From contig CBDBDK010000001.1 in NCBI GenBank assembly GCA_965203745.1, positions 478,180-542,179 of the forward strand: a DNA stretch of 64,000 nucleotides, given 5' to 3'. The stretch is from an uncultured Candidatus Binatia bacterium (GTDB taxonomy: Bacteria; Desulfobacterota; Binatia; Bin18). This document shows, one piece after another, positions 49,228-58,639 of the stretch; the first letter of the stretch is position 1; every line of letters starts with the position of its first letter. A model generated the notes under the pieces. It was given only the letters and a program-made list of their open reading frames with translations, had not been told where the DNA came from and ran no database searches. Position numbers and translations under genes: made by a program.

Positions 49228-49506
49228 ATGGCGCTGCATATCGACTTCCCCGATTCTCCCCATACCATTCTTGACCCCGAGCTTCGTTGGTTTCCCGCGG
49301 ATGAAACTCTGCGTGCGACGGGCTCTGGGCCGAAAACGCCACTGATGGTGGAGGTCGATAACGACAATACAATTAAGGACATCGACGCCTTGGATATTGA
49401 GATTCCGATACTGACGCCGCGAGCCTATCGAGAATATAAGCATCTGTTTTTGTCGATGACGTTGGGTTTGAAAAGTATAAGCCCAAGACCTTTGACGCGC
49501 TATTAG
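49228..49506 (+). CDS. Hypothetical small protein (92 aa), the last gene of the cassette operon
   Basis: Starts 4 nt after the PIN stop. No motif recognised. Confidence 0.3.
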   Translation: MALHIDFPDSPHTILDPELRWFPADETLRATGSGPKTPLMVEVDNDNTIKDIDALDIEIPILTPRAYREYKHLFLSMTLGLKSISPRPLTRY

Positions 49507-49561
49507 CCGGGTTTCGCGATTATCAATCAGACGTGGCAGAGTGACGGGTTTCCAATGCAGA

Positions 49562-49642
49562 TTTAGTGAAAGCCCATGAGGCTATGATAATAATCCCAGT
49601 AGCCACGAATGGCGCTCTCGGTTAAGAGATTCTCCTGATTCT
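49562..49642. repeat. 81-bp direct repeat, copy B (the genuine 3' end of the Rieske oxygenase gene)
   Basis: Reverse complement translates to ...NQENLLTESAIRGYWDYYHSLMGFH*. Confidence 0.9.
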
Positions 49643-50822
49643 CTCTTCCCGTACCACCGAAGGCGAGCAGGGAGCATTCGTCCTTTTCCTGGGCGATAGC
49701 CTGTTGGACCAATTCGGTGGCGTAGCCATCTTCCATGGAGATGTAGCCGGCCGGACCGACCAGATTGGCCTGCTTGATGCGGATGCGGCGGATTTCTTCG
49801 TCATCATCTTCATAGCCAAAGAATGTAAATAACAGTTCAAACTGATCCGGTCCCTTGGGCAGAATATGTCGGGTTGCCAGCGTGTTTTGAATCTGCTGGA
49901 CGACCAGGCACGGAAAAATCATCTGGATGTGATTGGTTAATTCCACCTCGAATTCTTTGCGCGAGGTGAGGAGCGAGGGGTCGGCTAAGGTGTAGTCCGT
50001 CTGGTAACTGCGGATGTTCTTGCCCGTGTAGGCGGCCACCTCTTCCTGTTCCGTCTTTTTATACGCGCGCAGCATGCTGTGGCGGCCCGCCGCGTCCATA
50101 ATGACCCCACCCCCTTGGGACGAACGATAGATACCAAAAGTGGTGTGAAAAAGGTGCAGCAGACTGGCGTGATAGGGGTCTTTGACATTCTCCGAGTAGA
50201 GTTTCCAGTTGGCATGAACGAACTGGCGGGCGTAGCCCAGCACCTGGACCGGTCGGTTGAAGACCCGGTCGAGCCACGGCCGCATGGCCGGGCCCAGATA
50301 GTCGGCCAGCGGTTCAACCTCGGAAGAAAAGGAGGCAAAGATCAGCCCGTTATAGGTATCCACGCGTAGTTTACGGAGGGAGTGCTGGGCGAGATCAAAG
50401 TCCGCCGGGTACCCGCCCTGGCGGCGAATGCCGGTCCGAAACGGAACCCCAATCAGATCGCCCTGCTGGTTATAACTCCACTGGTGGTAGATGCAGGTAT
50501 GGGTGGCCCGATTACCCCGAGACTCGCGACACACCAGTGCCCCGCGATGCGCGCACCGATTCACAAAGGCGTGCAGCTTCCCCGCTTTGTCGCGCGATAC
50601 GACGACGGGCGTGGCGCCGACAAAGGTGGAGCGGAAATCGCCGGGGTTGGCAACCTCCGCTTCGAGCCCTACATAGCTCCAGGTTGGACCTCTGAAGATG
50701 CGTTCTTGTTCCAGGTTGTAGACGGCAGGATCGCAAAAGACCTGATACGGGACTGAGGTTATCCCCGCTGTCGTCGGCCATCTCAACGCGACGGGCGCAT
50801 TGTCCATGGGTGAAAGGCTCAT
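49563..50822 (-). CDS. Rieske non-haem-iron aromatic-ring-hydroxylating oxygenase, alpha subunit
   Basis: CAHRGALVC...CIYHQWSY Rieske CxH...CxxH motif. Start at MSLSPMDNAP, with an AAGGAGG RBS. Confidence 0.85.
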   Translation of the reverse strand: MSLSPMDNAPVALRWPTTAGITSVPYQVFCDPAVYNLEQERIFRGPTWSYVGLEAEVANPGDFRSTFVGATPVVVSRDKAGKLHAFVNRCAHRGALVCRESRGNRATHTCIYHQWSYNQQGDLIGVPFRTGIRRQGGYPADFDLAQHSLRKLRVDTYNGLIFASFSSEVEPLADYLGPAMRPWLDRVFNRPVQVLGYARQFVHANWKLYSENVKDPYHASLLHLFHTTFGIYRSSQGGGVIMDAAGRHSMLRAYKKTEQEEVAAYTGKNIRSYQTDYTLADPSLLTSRKEFEVELTNHIQMIFPCLVVQQIQNTLATRHILPKGPDQFELLFTFFGYEDDDEEIRRIRIKQANLVGPAGYISMEDGYATELVQQAIAQEKDECSLLAFGGTGRENQENLLTESAIRGYWDYYHSLMGFH

Positions 50823-50971
50823 CCTGGCACCTCCTTGATAAGCGCTTTTCTCCTCCCACTTCCTCTCCCTAGTAGACACTGGTTTGTGTCGATTGACAAG
50901 CCATATTTGAGGCGCGTATACGAGGAGCAGGGATGCTGTCCCAACAGGCTCTGGGAGAAAAGGGAGGACCT

Positions 50972-51229
50972 ATGAGTGCGCAAAGCTTGAACATCATGCT
51001 GGTTGACCTGTTTCGATCCGAGACGGAGTTGGCCCGGTACCAGCAAGACCCCGAGGTCATTCTGGCAAACTACGATGTCACGGACGAAGAGCGGACGCGA
51101 CTCAAAGACCCAGACTGGGGGTGGCTCTATACGCACGGGATTCATCCCTACATTCTGGTCCAGTTTGCCTTAGCCATGGGGGTAGAGATCCCGCAGTATG
51201 TGCAGCAGGTGAAAGAAGCGGCCGGGTAG
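50972..51229 (+). CDS. LigA-like small subunit of extradiol (class III) dioxygenase
   Basis: About 85 aa, immediately upstream of the LigB-like gene. GGGAGG RBS. Confidence 0.45.
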   Translation: MSAQSLNIMLVDLFRSETELARYQQDPEVILANYDVTDEERTRLKDPDWGWLYTHGIHPYILVQFALAMGVEIPQYVQQVKEAAG

Positions 51230-51275
51230 GGCGGCCAACTCGAAGACCCGTCAAACGAGAAAAAAGGAGAACCAG

Positions 51276-52097
51276 ATGGCGAATATCGTTGCAGCCATGT
51301 CGTCAGTTCACAGTCCCCTGATGATGAGTGCGCCCCAGATGGCGGATGAGGCCACCTGGGGAAGGATCAATACGGGCTTCGATACCCTCCGAGACACCTT
51401 CACTGCTGCTGGAGCCGATACGATCGTCGTTATCTCAGACGAACATTTTAATGCGCTCGACCCGCGCCGCTATCCGTCGTTTGGTGTGGTGACGGCTGAG
51501 ACGAGCGTCGGCCCGGTCGAAAACTGGCTCGGCGTGCCCTGCAATAGCATCTCGGTCAATTTCGAGCCGGAGCTGGCCGAAGCGGTCCTCGACGAGGGGG
51601 TCCGCCAAGGCTTCGATTTGACGCGGATTGGCGAAGTCGGTTTAGACCATGGCTTTCTGACCTGCCTGAACTTTCTTACGCCGCAGTGGGACATGTCCTA
51701 TCTGTGGCTGATCCAGAACTGTGTCCTGCCGCCCCTGCCGAGCCTCAGGCGGTGTTATGATTTCGGGCGGATGGTCGGGCAAGCCATCCGGTCGTGGGAC
51801 AGCTCCCGCCGCGTGGCTCTGCTCGGCACGGGTGGCTTGTCGCATGCGGTTGGCACGCCGGATATGGGCAAGGTGGATGCACACTTCGATAAAAAATTCC
51901 TCGATCTCCTGTGCCAACACGACCCGGCCATGTTCGATATCACGGATGCGGAGATTGATGCGGTCGGCAACGGCACGCACGAGATCCGGAACTGGATTGC
52001 GGTGGCTGGGGCGGTCGAAGGCGCACAAGGCGAAGTCGTCATGTATGAAGAAGGAACCATGGTCGTAGGCTTCGGCATGATGCAGTTCCAACTGTAA
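51276..52097 (+). CDS. LigB-family class III extradiol ring-cleavage dioxygenase catalytic subunit
   Basis: 273 aa; IVVISDEHF...HGF...GTGGLSH pattern. Confidence 0.7.
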   Translation: MANIVAAMSSVHSPLMMSAPQMADEATWGRINTGFDTLRDTFTAAGADTIVVISDEHFNALDPRRYPSFGVVTAETSVGPVENWLGVPCNSISVNFEPELAEAVLDEGVRQGFDLTRIGEVGLDHGFLTCLNFLTPQWDMSYLWLIQNCVLPPLPSLRRCYDFGRMVGQAIRSWDSSRRVALLGTGGLSHAVGTPDMGKVDAHFDKKFLDLLCQHDPAMFDITDAEIDAVGNGTHEIRNWIAVAGAVEGAQGEVVMYEEGTMVVGFGMMQFQL

Positions 52098-52109
52098 AGT
52101 CCATTCCGC

Positions 52110-52169
52110 GAAGAGGAAATGTCTCCAGCATCTCGTCGCTATGGAAGGAGACGTTTCCTCTTTAGTTCG
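52110..52169. repeat. Palindromic hairpin repeat element, copy 1 (about 17-bp inverted arms gaagaggaaatgtctcc / ggagacgtttcctcttt with a 20-nt spacer)
   Basis: About 56 bp, near-identical to 54939-54998 in the same orientation. Confidence 0.75.
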
Positions 52170-52170
52170 G

Positions 52171-53052
52171 ATGAGTGGAGCCAGGCCGCGTGGAACGCTC
52201 GCTGTTCTGGGTGTGGGCATCCTCGCCATCTCGACGGCTGCGCCGCTGATAAAACTTGTCCCCGACGTCCCGCCGCTCGTGGTGGCCGCCTTTCGGCTCG
52301 GTCTCGCCGCGCTGATATTCACCCCGCTGAGCCTCGTCCGGCTCCAGACCGCCGGTGGCTCACTCTCGCTTCCTGACCTGCGGGTGGTGAGCGTGGCCGG
52401 TCTGTGTCTGGCACTCCACTTTGCCGCCTGGATTGCCTCGCTCCGCTACACCTCTGTGGCGAGTTCCGTGGCACTGGTGACCATAAATCCACTCCTACTC
52501 GCCCTCGCCGGCTATCTCATCTGGCGAGAGCGTCTCGTCCGGCGTCAATGGTTGGGGATTGGCTTGGCATTACTCGGCAGCCTGTGCATCGGCTGGAACG
52601 ATTTTCAGCAGGCAGGTCCGGCCCGAGAGTCCGCGCTGTACGGCGATGGCTTAGCCGTATGCGGTGCGGTCATGATATCCGCCTACCTGCTGTGTGGCCG
52701 CTTTGCCCGACCGCGTCTCGGCCTGAGCGTGTATGTCGGGCTGGTCTATGGGTGTGCGGCGGTTCTCTTACTCGTCGGCTGTTTTGTCCTCCAACTGCCG
52801 CTGCTGGGCTATGCCCCATGGGTCTACCTCGTTCTGGTCCTGCTTGCCCTTATCCCCCAAGTGTTGGGCCATACCATTCTGAACTGGGCGCTGGCCTATA
52901 TGTCTCCGACACTGGTCGCACTGGCGATTCTCGGCGAACCGCTTGGAGCTGCCCTGCTGGCCTGGATATTTCTTAACGAGTCAGTGGGCCTGCTCCAAGG
53001 GATAGGGGCGGTGGGCCTGCTGACGGGGATTGTGCTGGGACAGCAACGCTGA
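52171..53052 (+). CDS. DMT-superfamily (EamA-like) transporter
   Basis: 10 hydrophobic segments and two EamA-like halves. Start taken at MSGARPRG, just after the repeat element; the track start at 52141 lies inside the element. Confidence 0.7.
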   Translation: MSGARPRGTLAVLGVGILAISTAAPLIKLVPDVPPLVVAAFRLGLAALIFTPLSLVRLQTAGGSLSLPDLRVVSVAGLCLALHFAAWIASLRYTSVASSVALVTINPLLLALAGYLIWRERLVRRQWLGIGLALLGSLCIGWNDFQQAGPARESALYGDGLAVCGAVMISAYLLCGRFARPRLGLSVYVGLVYGCAAVLLLVGCFVLQLPLLGYAPWVYLVLVLLALIPQVLGHTILNWALAYMSPTLVALAILGEPLGAALLAWIFLNESVGLLQGIGAVGLLTGIVLGQQR

Positions 53053-53113
53053 CGGAATGGAGAGAATCGGTCAACAGCCCGACACAGGGCAACCACAAGG
53101 GTTGCCCCGGCTG

Positions 53114-53821
53114 CTAGTCATCATTCGCCAGGGAAAGCAGAATTCGTAGCAGATACCAGAACATCAGGGCCACACCGGCAAACAGCGCCAGCGAGGCGGC
53201 GACGTGTTGGTCGGTCCGATAGTGGTGAATAATGTTCGAGGTCGTATACAGAATGGACCCGGCGGCAAAGGCAACCATAATGGCGGAGAAGAACAACCCC
53301 AGGCTAAAGCCAAACAGCATGCTGGCCAAAATCACCCCCAGGGCGACAAATCCGCCGACGGCGAGAATGCCCCGCAGAAAAGAGAAGTCTTTGCGGGTGG
53401 TGAAGGCCGTGAACGTCAGCCCACCAAACAGCAGCAGGGTCATCAGGCCGGCCGTCGGAATAACATCCGGTGAGCTATAGTGCGTCGCAATGTACAGCAT
53501 GGGGAGAAAGATGACTGCCTGAGCCAGGATATACAGACCCAGGCCCAGGTATTGTATCTGCGGCGAGGTATCAGACTGCGCCCAGCGGTCGGCCAGCCAG
53601 GACACGCCCATGAAGGCGGCGAGCACGACGAACCAGCCGTAACCACCAACCATGGTCTGGACCAGGGCTGGTGCAAACGACGACTGCAGCAGGAGATTTT
53701 CAACCAGGATAAAGGCCAGTATTGCCAACGCGAGGTGGGTGTACGTGCGGCGAATGAATTCCGCTCGCGCGACCTCGGACGCCTGAGCCGCGGGCCGGGA
53801 ATACGTCATCGTTGAAGCCAT
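53114..53821 (-). CDS. Bax-inhibitor-1/YccA-family membrane protein
   Basis: FIRRTYTHLALAILAF N-terminal motif and 7 TM segments. Confidence 0.75.
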   Translation of the reverse strand: MASTMTYSRPAAQASEVARAEFIRRTYTHLALAILAFILVENLLLQSSFAPALVQTMVGGYGWFVVLAAFMGVSWLADRWAQSDTSPQIQYLGLGLYILAQAVIFLPMLYIATHYSSPDVIPTAGLMTLLLFGGLTFTAFTTRKDFSFLRGILAVGGFVALGVILASMLFGFSLGLFFSAIMVAFAAGSILYTTSNIIHHYRTDQHVAASLALFAGVALMFWYLLRILLSLANDD

Positions 53822-53994
53822 ATATACCTCCGTGGAGTTGACTATCCTTTCTTCAGGCTAATGCCCTGACAGGGGACAGTCAATGCCGGAGGGGATTGGT
53901 CCCCTCGACAGTGGAGCAAAAAGAAGGGACAGCCCGGTGCGGCCGTCCCTCTCTATTCGACGGTAAAGAAACAGGTGTGCAGCCCCGTACGCGT

Positions 53995-54921
53995 TTATTG
54001 AGCAAACGCGGCTTTCAGTCCCTCAGCCGCTTCCGCCAGGGCTTTCTTCTGGGCGTCAAGATGGAAGAAGCTGAAGAAGCCGTGAATCGTTCCGTCGTAG
54101 CGGGATATGGTGATATCCGCGCCAGCGTCCTGGAGTTTTTTGCCGTAGGCCTCGCCCTCGTCGCGCAGAGGATCAAACTCGGCCGTGATCACTAGCCCCG
54201 GCGGGGGGCTGTTTACGTATTTGGCCAAGAGCGGGGAGGCGTACGGGCTCTTTCCGGCCTCGTCGTTTTCAAGATAATGGTCCCAGAACCACACCATGGA
54301 GTCTTTGGTCAGCAGATAACCCTCCCCGTTCTGCTTGCACGACTCGGTATCAAAGGAATGATTGGTGACCGGATAGAGTAGGAGTTGGTAGGCGAGCGAG
54401 GGAGCGCCCCGGTCGCCGGACATAAGCGCCACTGCTGCGGCGAGGTTGCCGCCGGCACTATCGCCGCCAACCGCTACCCGTTGTGGGTCTCCGCCAAGGG
54501 ACGCCACGTTGAGCACCGCCCATTTGGTCGCTTCGTAACAATCCTCGGCCGCCGCGGGAAATTTGTGCTCCGGAGCGAGGCGGTAATCAACGGCAATCGT
54601 CATGCAGCCAGCGGCGTTGGTCAGGACGCGACAGGTTGCATCGTGGCTTTCGAGGTCGCCGACCACCCAGCCGCCCCCATGAAAAAAGACCAGAACGGGA
54701 AGCGGACCGTCTCCCTCGGGCGTATAGATCCGGACCGGCAGGTCGCCGTTCGGGGTCGGAATGGTCCGGTCTTCAACCTTGGCAACCGGCTCTGGATGCT
54801 CAATCTGGAAGAGCTGCTGAATGGCTTGGCGTGCCTCAGCAACCTCCATTTCATTAAAGCCGCGGCCACCGGCGGCCACGATTTGATCAATAAAGGCTTG
54901 TTCCTGCTGGCCTAGGGGCAT
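53995..54921 (-). CDS. Alpha/beta-hydrolase fold-3 esterase/lipase
   Basis: HGGGW oxyanion motif and GDSAGG nucleophile elbow. Start at MPLGQQ, with an AGGAGG RBS. Confidence 0.8.
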   Translation of the reverse strand: MPLGQQEQAFIDQIVAAGGRGFNEMEVAEARQAIQQLFQIEHPEPVAKVEDRTIPTPNGDLPVRIYTPEGDGPLPVLVFFHGGGWVVGDLESHDATCRVLTNAAGCMTIAVDYRLAPEHKFPAAAEDCYEATKWAVLNVASLGGDPQRVAVGGDSAGGNLAAAVALMSGDRGAPSLAYQLLLYPVTNHSFDTESCKQNGEGYLLTKDSMVWFWDHYLENDEAGKSPYASPLLAKYVNSPPPGLVITAEFDPLRDEGEAYGKKLQDAGADITISRYDGTIHGFFSFFHLDAQKKALAEAAEGLKAAFAQ

Positions 54922-54938
54922 ACTTCCCTCCTTGCTGT

Positions 54939-54998
54939 GAAGAGGAAACATCTCCAGCATCTCGTCGCTATGGGAGGAGACGTTTCCTCTTTGATTCG
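54939..54998. repeat. Palindromic hairpin repeat element, copy 2
   Basis: Same about 56-bp sequence as copy 1, with 3 substitutions. Confidence 0.75.
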
Positions 54999-55200
54999 TG
55001 CTGTGCTGTGTCGATAGGTCATGACTGGAATGAGATGTTTATCTGGGGTGAGTGGTATTTTTCAAGAGGGCAATCGACGCCGTACGCGCATCACATGGCT
55101 GAGACACGTACGCTGGGACCCCCGGCTGACTGGAAGAAGAAAGGGAGCGGTTGAGACCGAGTCCCGGACTCTCTTTTTTCAGCCCGAGACCATGGGGCGA

Positions 55201-56166
55201 TCAGCGTGTGCTTGCCTGCCCGTTCATCCAACGGGCAAATTTGTCCGTTTCATTCCGGGCCTGCCGCCACAGGAGTTGAACCGCGCGGTCCGGGTCCCAG
55301 CTGCCAGGCCGCTCAATGAAGTCAAAGCCCAGTTTGTCCGGCGAGTCTTTAATGCTCGAACGGAGAAACGGATATTTATCCACCCAGGCGGTGACAGGTG
55401 AATCGTAAAAATACGGAACGGCTTCGGAAGTAAAGCTGACGGCCCGTCCCTGTCGGATGTCTTTCCGTTCACTGCTGATGTAGTCATACTTGTACTGCCG
55501 GATCGCACGGGCCGTCTCGTAATAGCCGATGAGGACTCTGGCGCCGGCCACCACGCGTTTTTCTGCATCTCCTTGGCTTTGGCGGCCCAAGCTGCGGAGC
55601 CGATTCCTGGCTTCTCGTACGCCCTTCTCGTAGACTGGAAGCGGGTCGGACAGCACGGCCAGCGTTTCCAGCCCGCGCAAGGTGGCGAGGGCCTGGTCGC
55701 CTATGGCTTCCGTTCTCATCTGCACGCCTTCCGGCAACGGTGCCGTCAACATGGTTTGCAGGCTGGCGACCGCCTGTTTCTCCTCTTTCTTCTCTTCTAT
55801 CCGCTGCCAGATTTCGGGCTCAAAAAAGATCGGACGCCGTTTTCCCTTGCGGGTGACCAACAGCAGGACGGCCTTTTGCTTTTTCTGAGCATCACGGACG
55901 GCGTTGCGGTAACTCTTACAGTTTTGAATAGGCCAGCTATTCACCTGTTCAAGGATGTCACCCTTGCGCAACCCGACGCGTGAGCCTGGGGTGAGCTGGG
56001 CAATCTCCGCAATAGGGAGACCAGGTGCATCTTTTTGCTTGGCTGGGTGGAGGGTGAGACCCAGATACTCTTGCGCTTCCTGACAGGGATTGGCTCTGGC
56101 GGGAGACGGTTGAAAAAAGAAACTCAGTGTGATCACGGCCACAAGAACAAAAGCAGAATATCTCAC
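55201..56166 (-). CDS. Secreted PDZ-domain protein
   Basis: Signal peptide MRYSAFVLVAVITLSFFF...ARA; PDZ-like GSRVGLRKGDILEQVN. Confidence 0.55.
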   Translation of the reverse strand: MRYSAFVLVAVITLSFFFQPSPARANPCQEAQEYLGLTLHPAKQKDAPGLPIAEIAQLTPGSRVGLRKGDILEQVNSWPIQNCKSYRNAVRDAQKKQKAVLLLVTRKGKRRPIFFEPEIWQRIEEKKEEKQAVASLQTMLTAPLPEGVQMRTEAIGDQALATLRGLETLAVLSDPLPVYEKGVREARNRLRSLGRQSQGDAEKRVVAGARVLIGYYETARAIRQYKYDYISSERKDIRQGRAVSFTSEAVPYFYDSPVTAWVDKYPFLRSSIKDSPDKLGFDFIERPGSWDPDRAVQLLWRQARNETDKFARWMNGQASTR

Positions 56167-56338
56167 GGGGACCTTCCTTCTCTCTTGGCTGCCCGCATTT
56201 TATATATGGGAGCCTATCGAGTCCGGTCAAGGCGCATACCGGACGGATCGTGATCGAAAGCGAGCCAGGGCAGCCGCTTCTCCCTCGCCGGGGGCTACGG
56301 GATTCGAGGCGAAACCTGAGATCGGCCGGCTGGCGGGG

Positions 56339-57193
56339 CTATCTCTCCCCCCAGCGAAGTTTGCTGCGCAGGACATCAAAAAAGGTCCGGTTAGGGGAGA
56401 TGATAAGCGGTACGGTCACGCGAGAGCGTTGAATACACACGGTGTCCCCACTCTTGAGCGGATGCCCTTCTTGGCCGTCCAAGGTCAGAGTGACGTCCTC
56501 ATCCGGAGTCTGGACTACAACGTTGATCTCGGCTTGGTCCGGGAGAATAACCGGGCGGTTTGTCAACGTATGCGGACAGATTGGCGTCAGCACGACCACG
56601 CCAAGCGTGGCGTCAACAATCGGTCCGCCCGCCGCCAGCGAATAGGCGGTCGAGCCGGTTGGGGTGGCGACAATGAGCCCGTCCGCTTTATAGGTACAGA
56701 GATGTTTGCCGTCCACCCAGGTAGCAAGGTCCATAATACGGGCCAGGGCGCCTTTGTTGATGACCGCATCATTCAGCGCCTGAAACGTGCCAACCGGCTG
56801 CCTGTCGCGGATAAGCGTGGTGGTGAGCAGGCTGCGCCGCTCGATGGCATAATCGCCAGCGAAGATACGGGTGAGCGTGGTAAACAGCTCTTCGGTCGTT
56901 GTTTCGGTCAGAAAGCCCAGCCCGCCAAGATTGACGCCAAGAATCGGTACGTCCCGCGACGTGGCCCGCCGGGCAACGCTGAGCAGCGTCCCGTCACCGC
57001 CCAGCACAACAACCAAGTCGGCCTGGGCCATGATCTCGACTTTACGCCACCCCCGCCCAAGGCCCAGTTCTTCACTGGTGCGGTCCTCCGGCAGAATGCT
57101 CTTGCCACGCTCTTGCAGCCAGGCAGCCAGGTCGCGACCCAGCGCAATCGCGGCGGGCGTATTGACTTTGATGACCAGACCGATTGTCTGCAT
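56339..57193 (-). CDS. nadK: NAD+ kinase
   Basis: LVVVLGGDGTLL (GGDG motif); NE/D short motif; about 284 aa. Confidence 0.85.
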   Translation of the reverse strand: MQTIGLVIKVNTPAAIALGRDLAAWLQERGKSILPEDRTSEELGLGRGWRKVEIMAQADLVVVLGGDGTLLSVARRATSRDVPILGVNLGGLGFLTETTTEELFTTLTRIFAGDYAIERRSLLTTTLIRDRQPVGTFQALNDAVINKGALARIMDLATWVDGKHLCTYKADGLIVATPTGSTAYSLAAGGPIVDATLGVVVLTPICPHTLTNRPVILPDQAEINVVVQTPDEDVTLTLDGQEGHPLKSGDTVCIQRSRVTVPLIISPNRTFFDVLRSKLRWGER

Positions 57194-57240
57194 ATATCGA
57201 GCGGAGCGGTGAGGGCGCTCCCTTTTCTCCGTGCCTCGCG

Positions 57241-57246
57241 TATAAT
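57241..57246 (+). promoter_or_regulatory. Candidate -10 box TATAAT, 9 nt upstream of the rarA ATG; this suggests a leaderless or very short-leader transcript
   Basis: cgtataatggcctatctATG. No Shine-Dalgarno sequence is present. Inference only. Confidence 0.25.
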
Positions 57247-57255
57247 GGCCTATCT

Positions 57256-58620
57256 ATGGCAATCCGTCAGCCTCATCTGAAGGACCAACACAGTTTATTT
57301 GCTCATAGTGCCGAAAAGGAGGCGGCCAAGAAAGCCCCTCTGGCCGAGCGGATGCGACCCCAGACGCTGGATACCTATATTGGCCAGACACATCTCCTCG
57401 GGCCGGGTCGCCTCCTGCGCCAAATGATTGAGCAGAAAACGCTGACCTCGCTGATCTTATGGGGGCCGCCGGGCAGTGGAAAAACGACCCTGGCCCGGGT
57501 GCTCGCCCAGGCCGTCGAGCTCCCCTGGGTGAGCTTTTCGGCGGTCCTGTCCGGGGTCAAAGATCTGCGTCTCATCCTGGCGGATGCGCAGCGACACCAG
57601 CAACAAACAGGGCAGGCGACCGTCGTATTTGTGGACGAAATTCACCGTTTCAATAAAGCCCAACAGGACGCCTTTCTGCCGCATGTAGAGCAGGGGCTGA
57701 TTATCCTGATTGGCGCAACAACAGAAAATCCATCTTTTGAAGTGATTGCTCCTCTCTTGTCGCGCTCTCGTGTGGTGGTGCTGGAAGCGCTCGAAGCAGA
57801 GCAGCTTGTCCAGATTCTGTCTCACGCCTTACAGGACGCAGACCGCGGCCTTGGGCAGTATCAGATTGAAGCGGACGAAGCCGTGCTGCGGACCATTGCC
57901 GAGGCCGCACAGGGAGATGCCCGGGTCGCCCTCAATACTCTTGAGGTTGCAACGACCCTGGCGGTCCAAAAAAAAGCTACGCACCTTGACGTAGCCCTGG
58001 TACAAGAAGCAACCCAGCGGAAGGCTATCCTGTACGATAAGGCTGGGGAGGAACACTATAATGTCATTTCCGCCTTTATTAAGAGCCTGCGCGGGAGTGA
58101 TCCTGATGCGGCCTTATACTGGATGCTGCGCATGCTGGAGGCCGGGGAAGATATTCTCTTTATTGCCAGACGGATGGTCATCTTTGCGGCCGAAGACATT
58201 GGCAATGCCGATCCGCAGGCCTTGTCTCTGGCTATAGCGACCAAGGAAGCGGTGCATTTCGTCGGGCTGCCGGAGGCGCGTATTCCATTAGCCCAAGCCG
58301 CCACCTATCTTGCGGTCGCGCCCAAATCGAACGCGTCATACAAAGCCATGACCGCCGCCCAGGCAGATGTGCAGACCCATGGCCCTCTGCCCGTTCCGCT
58401 CCATTTGCGCAACGCACCGACAAAGCTGATGAAAGACCTGGAGTATGGCAAGGGGTATCAGTATGCGCATGATTACGAGGATGCCGCTGTGACCCAGGCC
58501 CATTTGCCTGAGAAGCTGACCCAACGACGGTATTATCAGCCCAGCGACCGCGGCCATGAAAAAGTCATGGGCGAGCGGCTGAAGGCATGGCGGAAAAGGC
58601 GGACAGACTCTCAGGACTGA
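57256..58620 (+). CDS. rarA: Replication-associated recombination protein A (AAA+ ATPase RarA/MgsA)
   Basis: [16 protein letters not shown]...[15 protein letters not shown] Walker A; [11 protein letters not shown] Walker B/sensor. Confidence 0.85.
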   Translation: MAIRQPHLKDQHSLFAHSAEKEAAKKAPLAERMRPQTLDTYIGQTHLLGPGRLLRQMIEQKTLTSLILWGPPGSGKTTLARVLAQAVELPWVSFSAVLSGVKDLRLILADAQRHQQQTGQATVVFVDEIHRFNKAQQDAFLPHVEQGLIILIGATTENPSFEVIAPLLSRSRVVVLEALEAEQLVQILSHALQDADRGLGQYQIEADEAVLRTIAEAAQGDARVALNTLEVATTLAVQKKATHLDVALVQEATQRKAILYDKAGEEHYNVISAFIKSLRGSDPDAALYWMLRMLEAGEDILFIARRMVIFAAEDIGNADPQALSLAIATKEAVHFVGLPEARIPLAQAATYLAVAPKSNASYKAMTAAQADVQTHGPLPVPLHLRNAPTKLMKDLEYGKGYQYAHDYEDAAVTQAHLPEKLTQRRYYQPSDRGHEKVMGERLKAWRKRRTDSQD

Positions 58621-58639
58621 AACGGAAGGAGAAAGAAAC

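Larger units (their letters stand above)
46981..49642. mobile_element. Putative integrated or cis-mobilisable cassette (about 2.5 kb cargo) bounded by the 81-bp direct repeats; it has no integrase
   Basis: The direct repeats equal the last 25 codons + stop + 1 nt of the downstream Rieske gene (attL/attR-like). The interior has visibly lower G+C and carries defence/toxin-like genes. Confidence 0.5.

Noticed and set aside
52141-52170. ATG at 52141 as the DMT transporter start (and ATG at 54960 as the esterase start)
   Set aside because: Both fall inside copies of the palindromic repeat element. Downstream in-frame ATGs (52171 and 54921) sit immediately outside the element, and the latter has an RBS.
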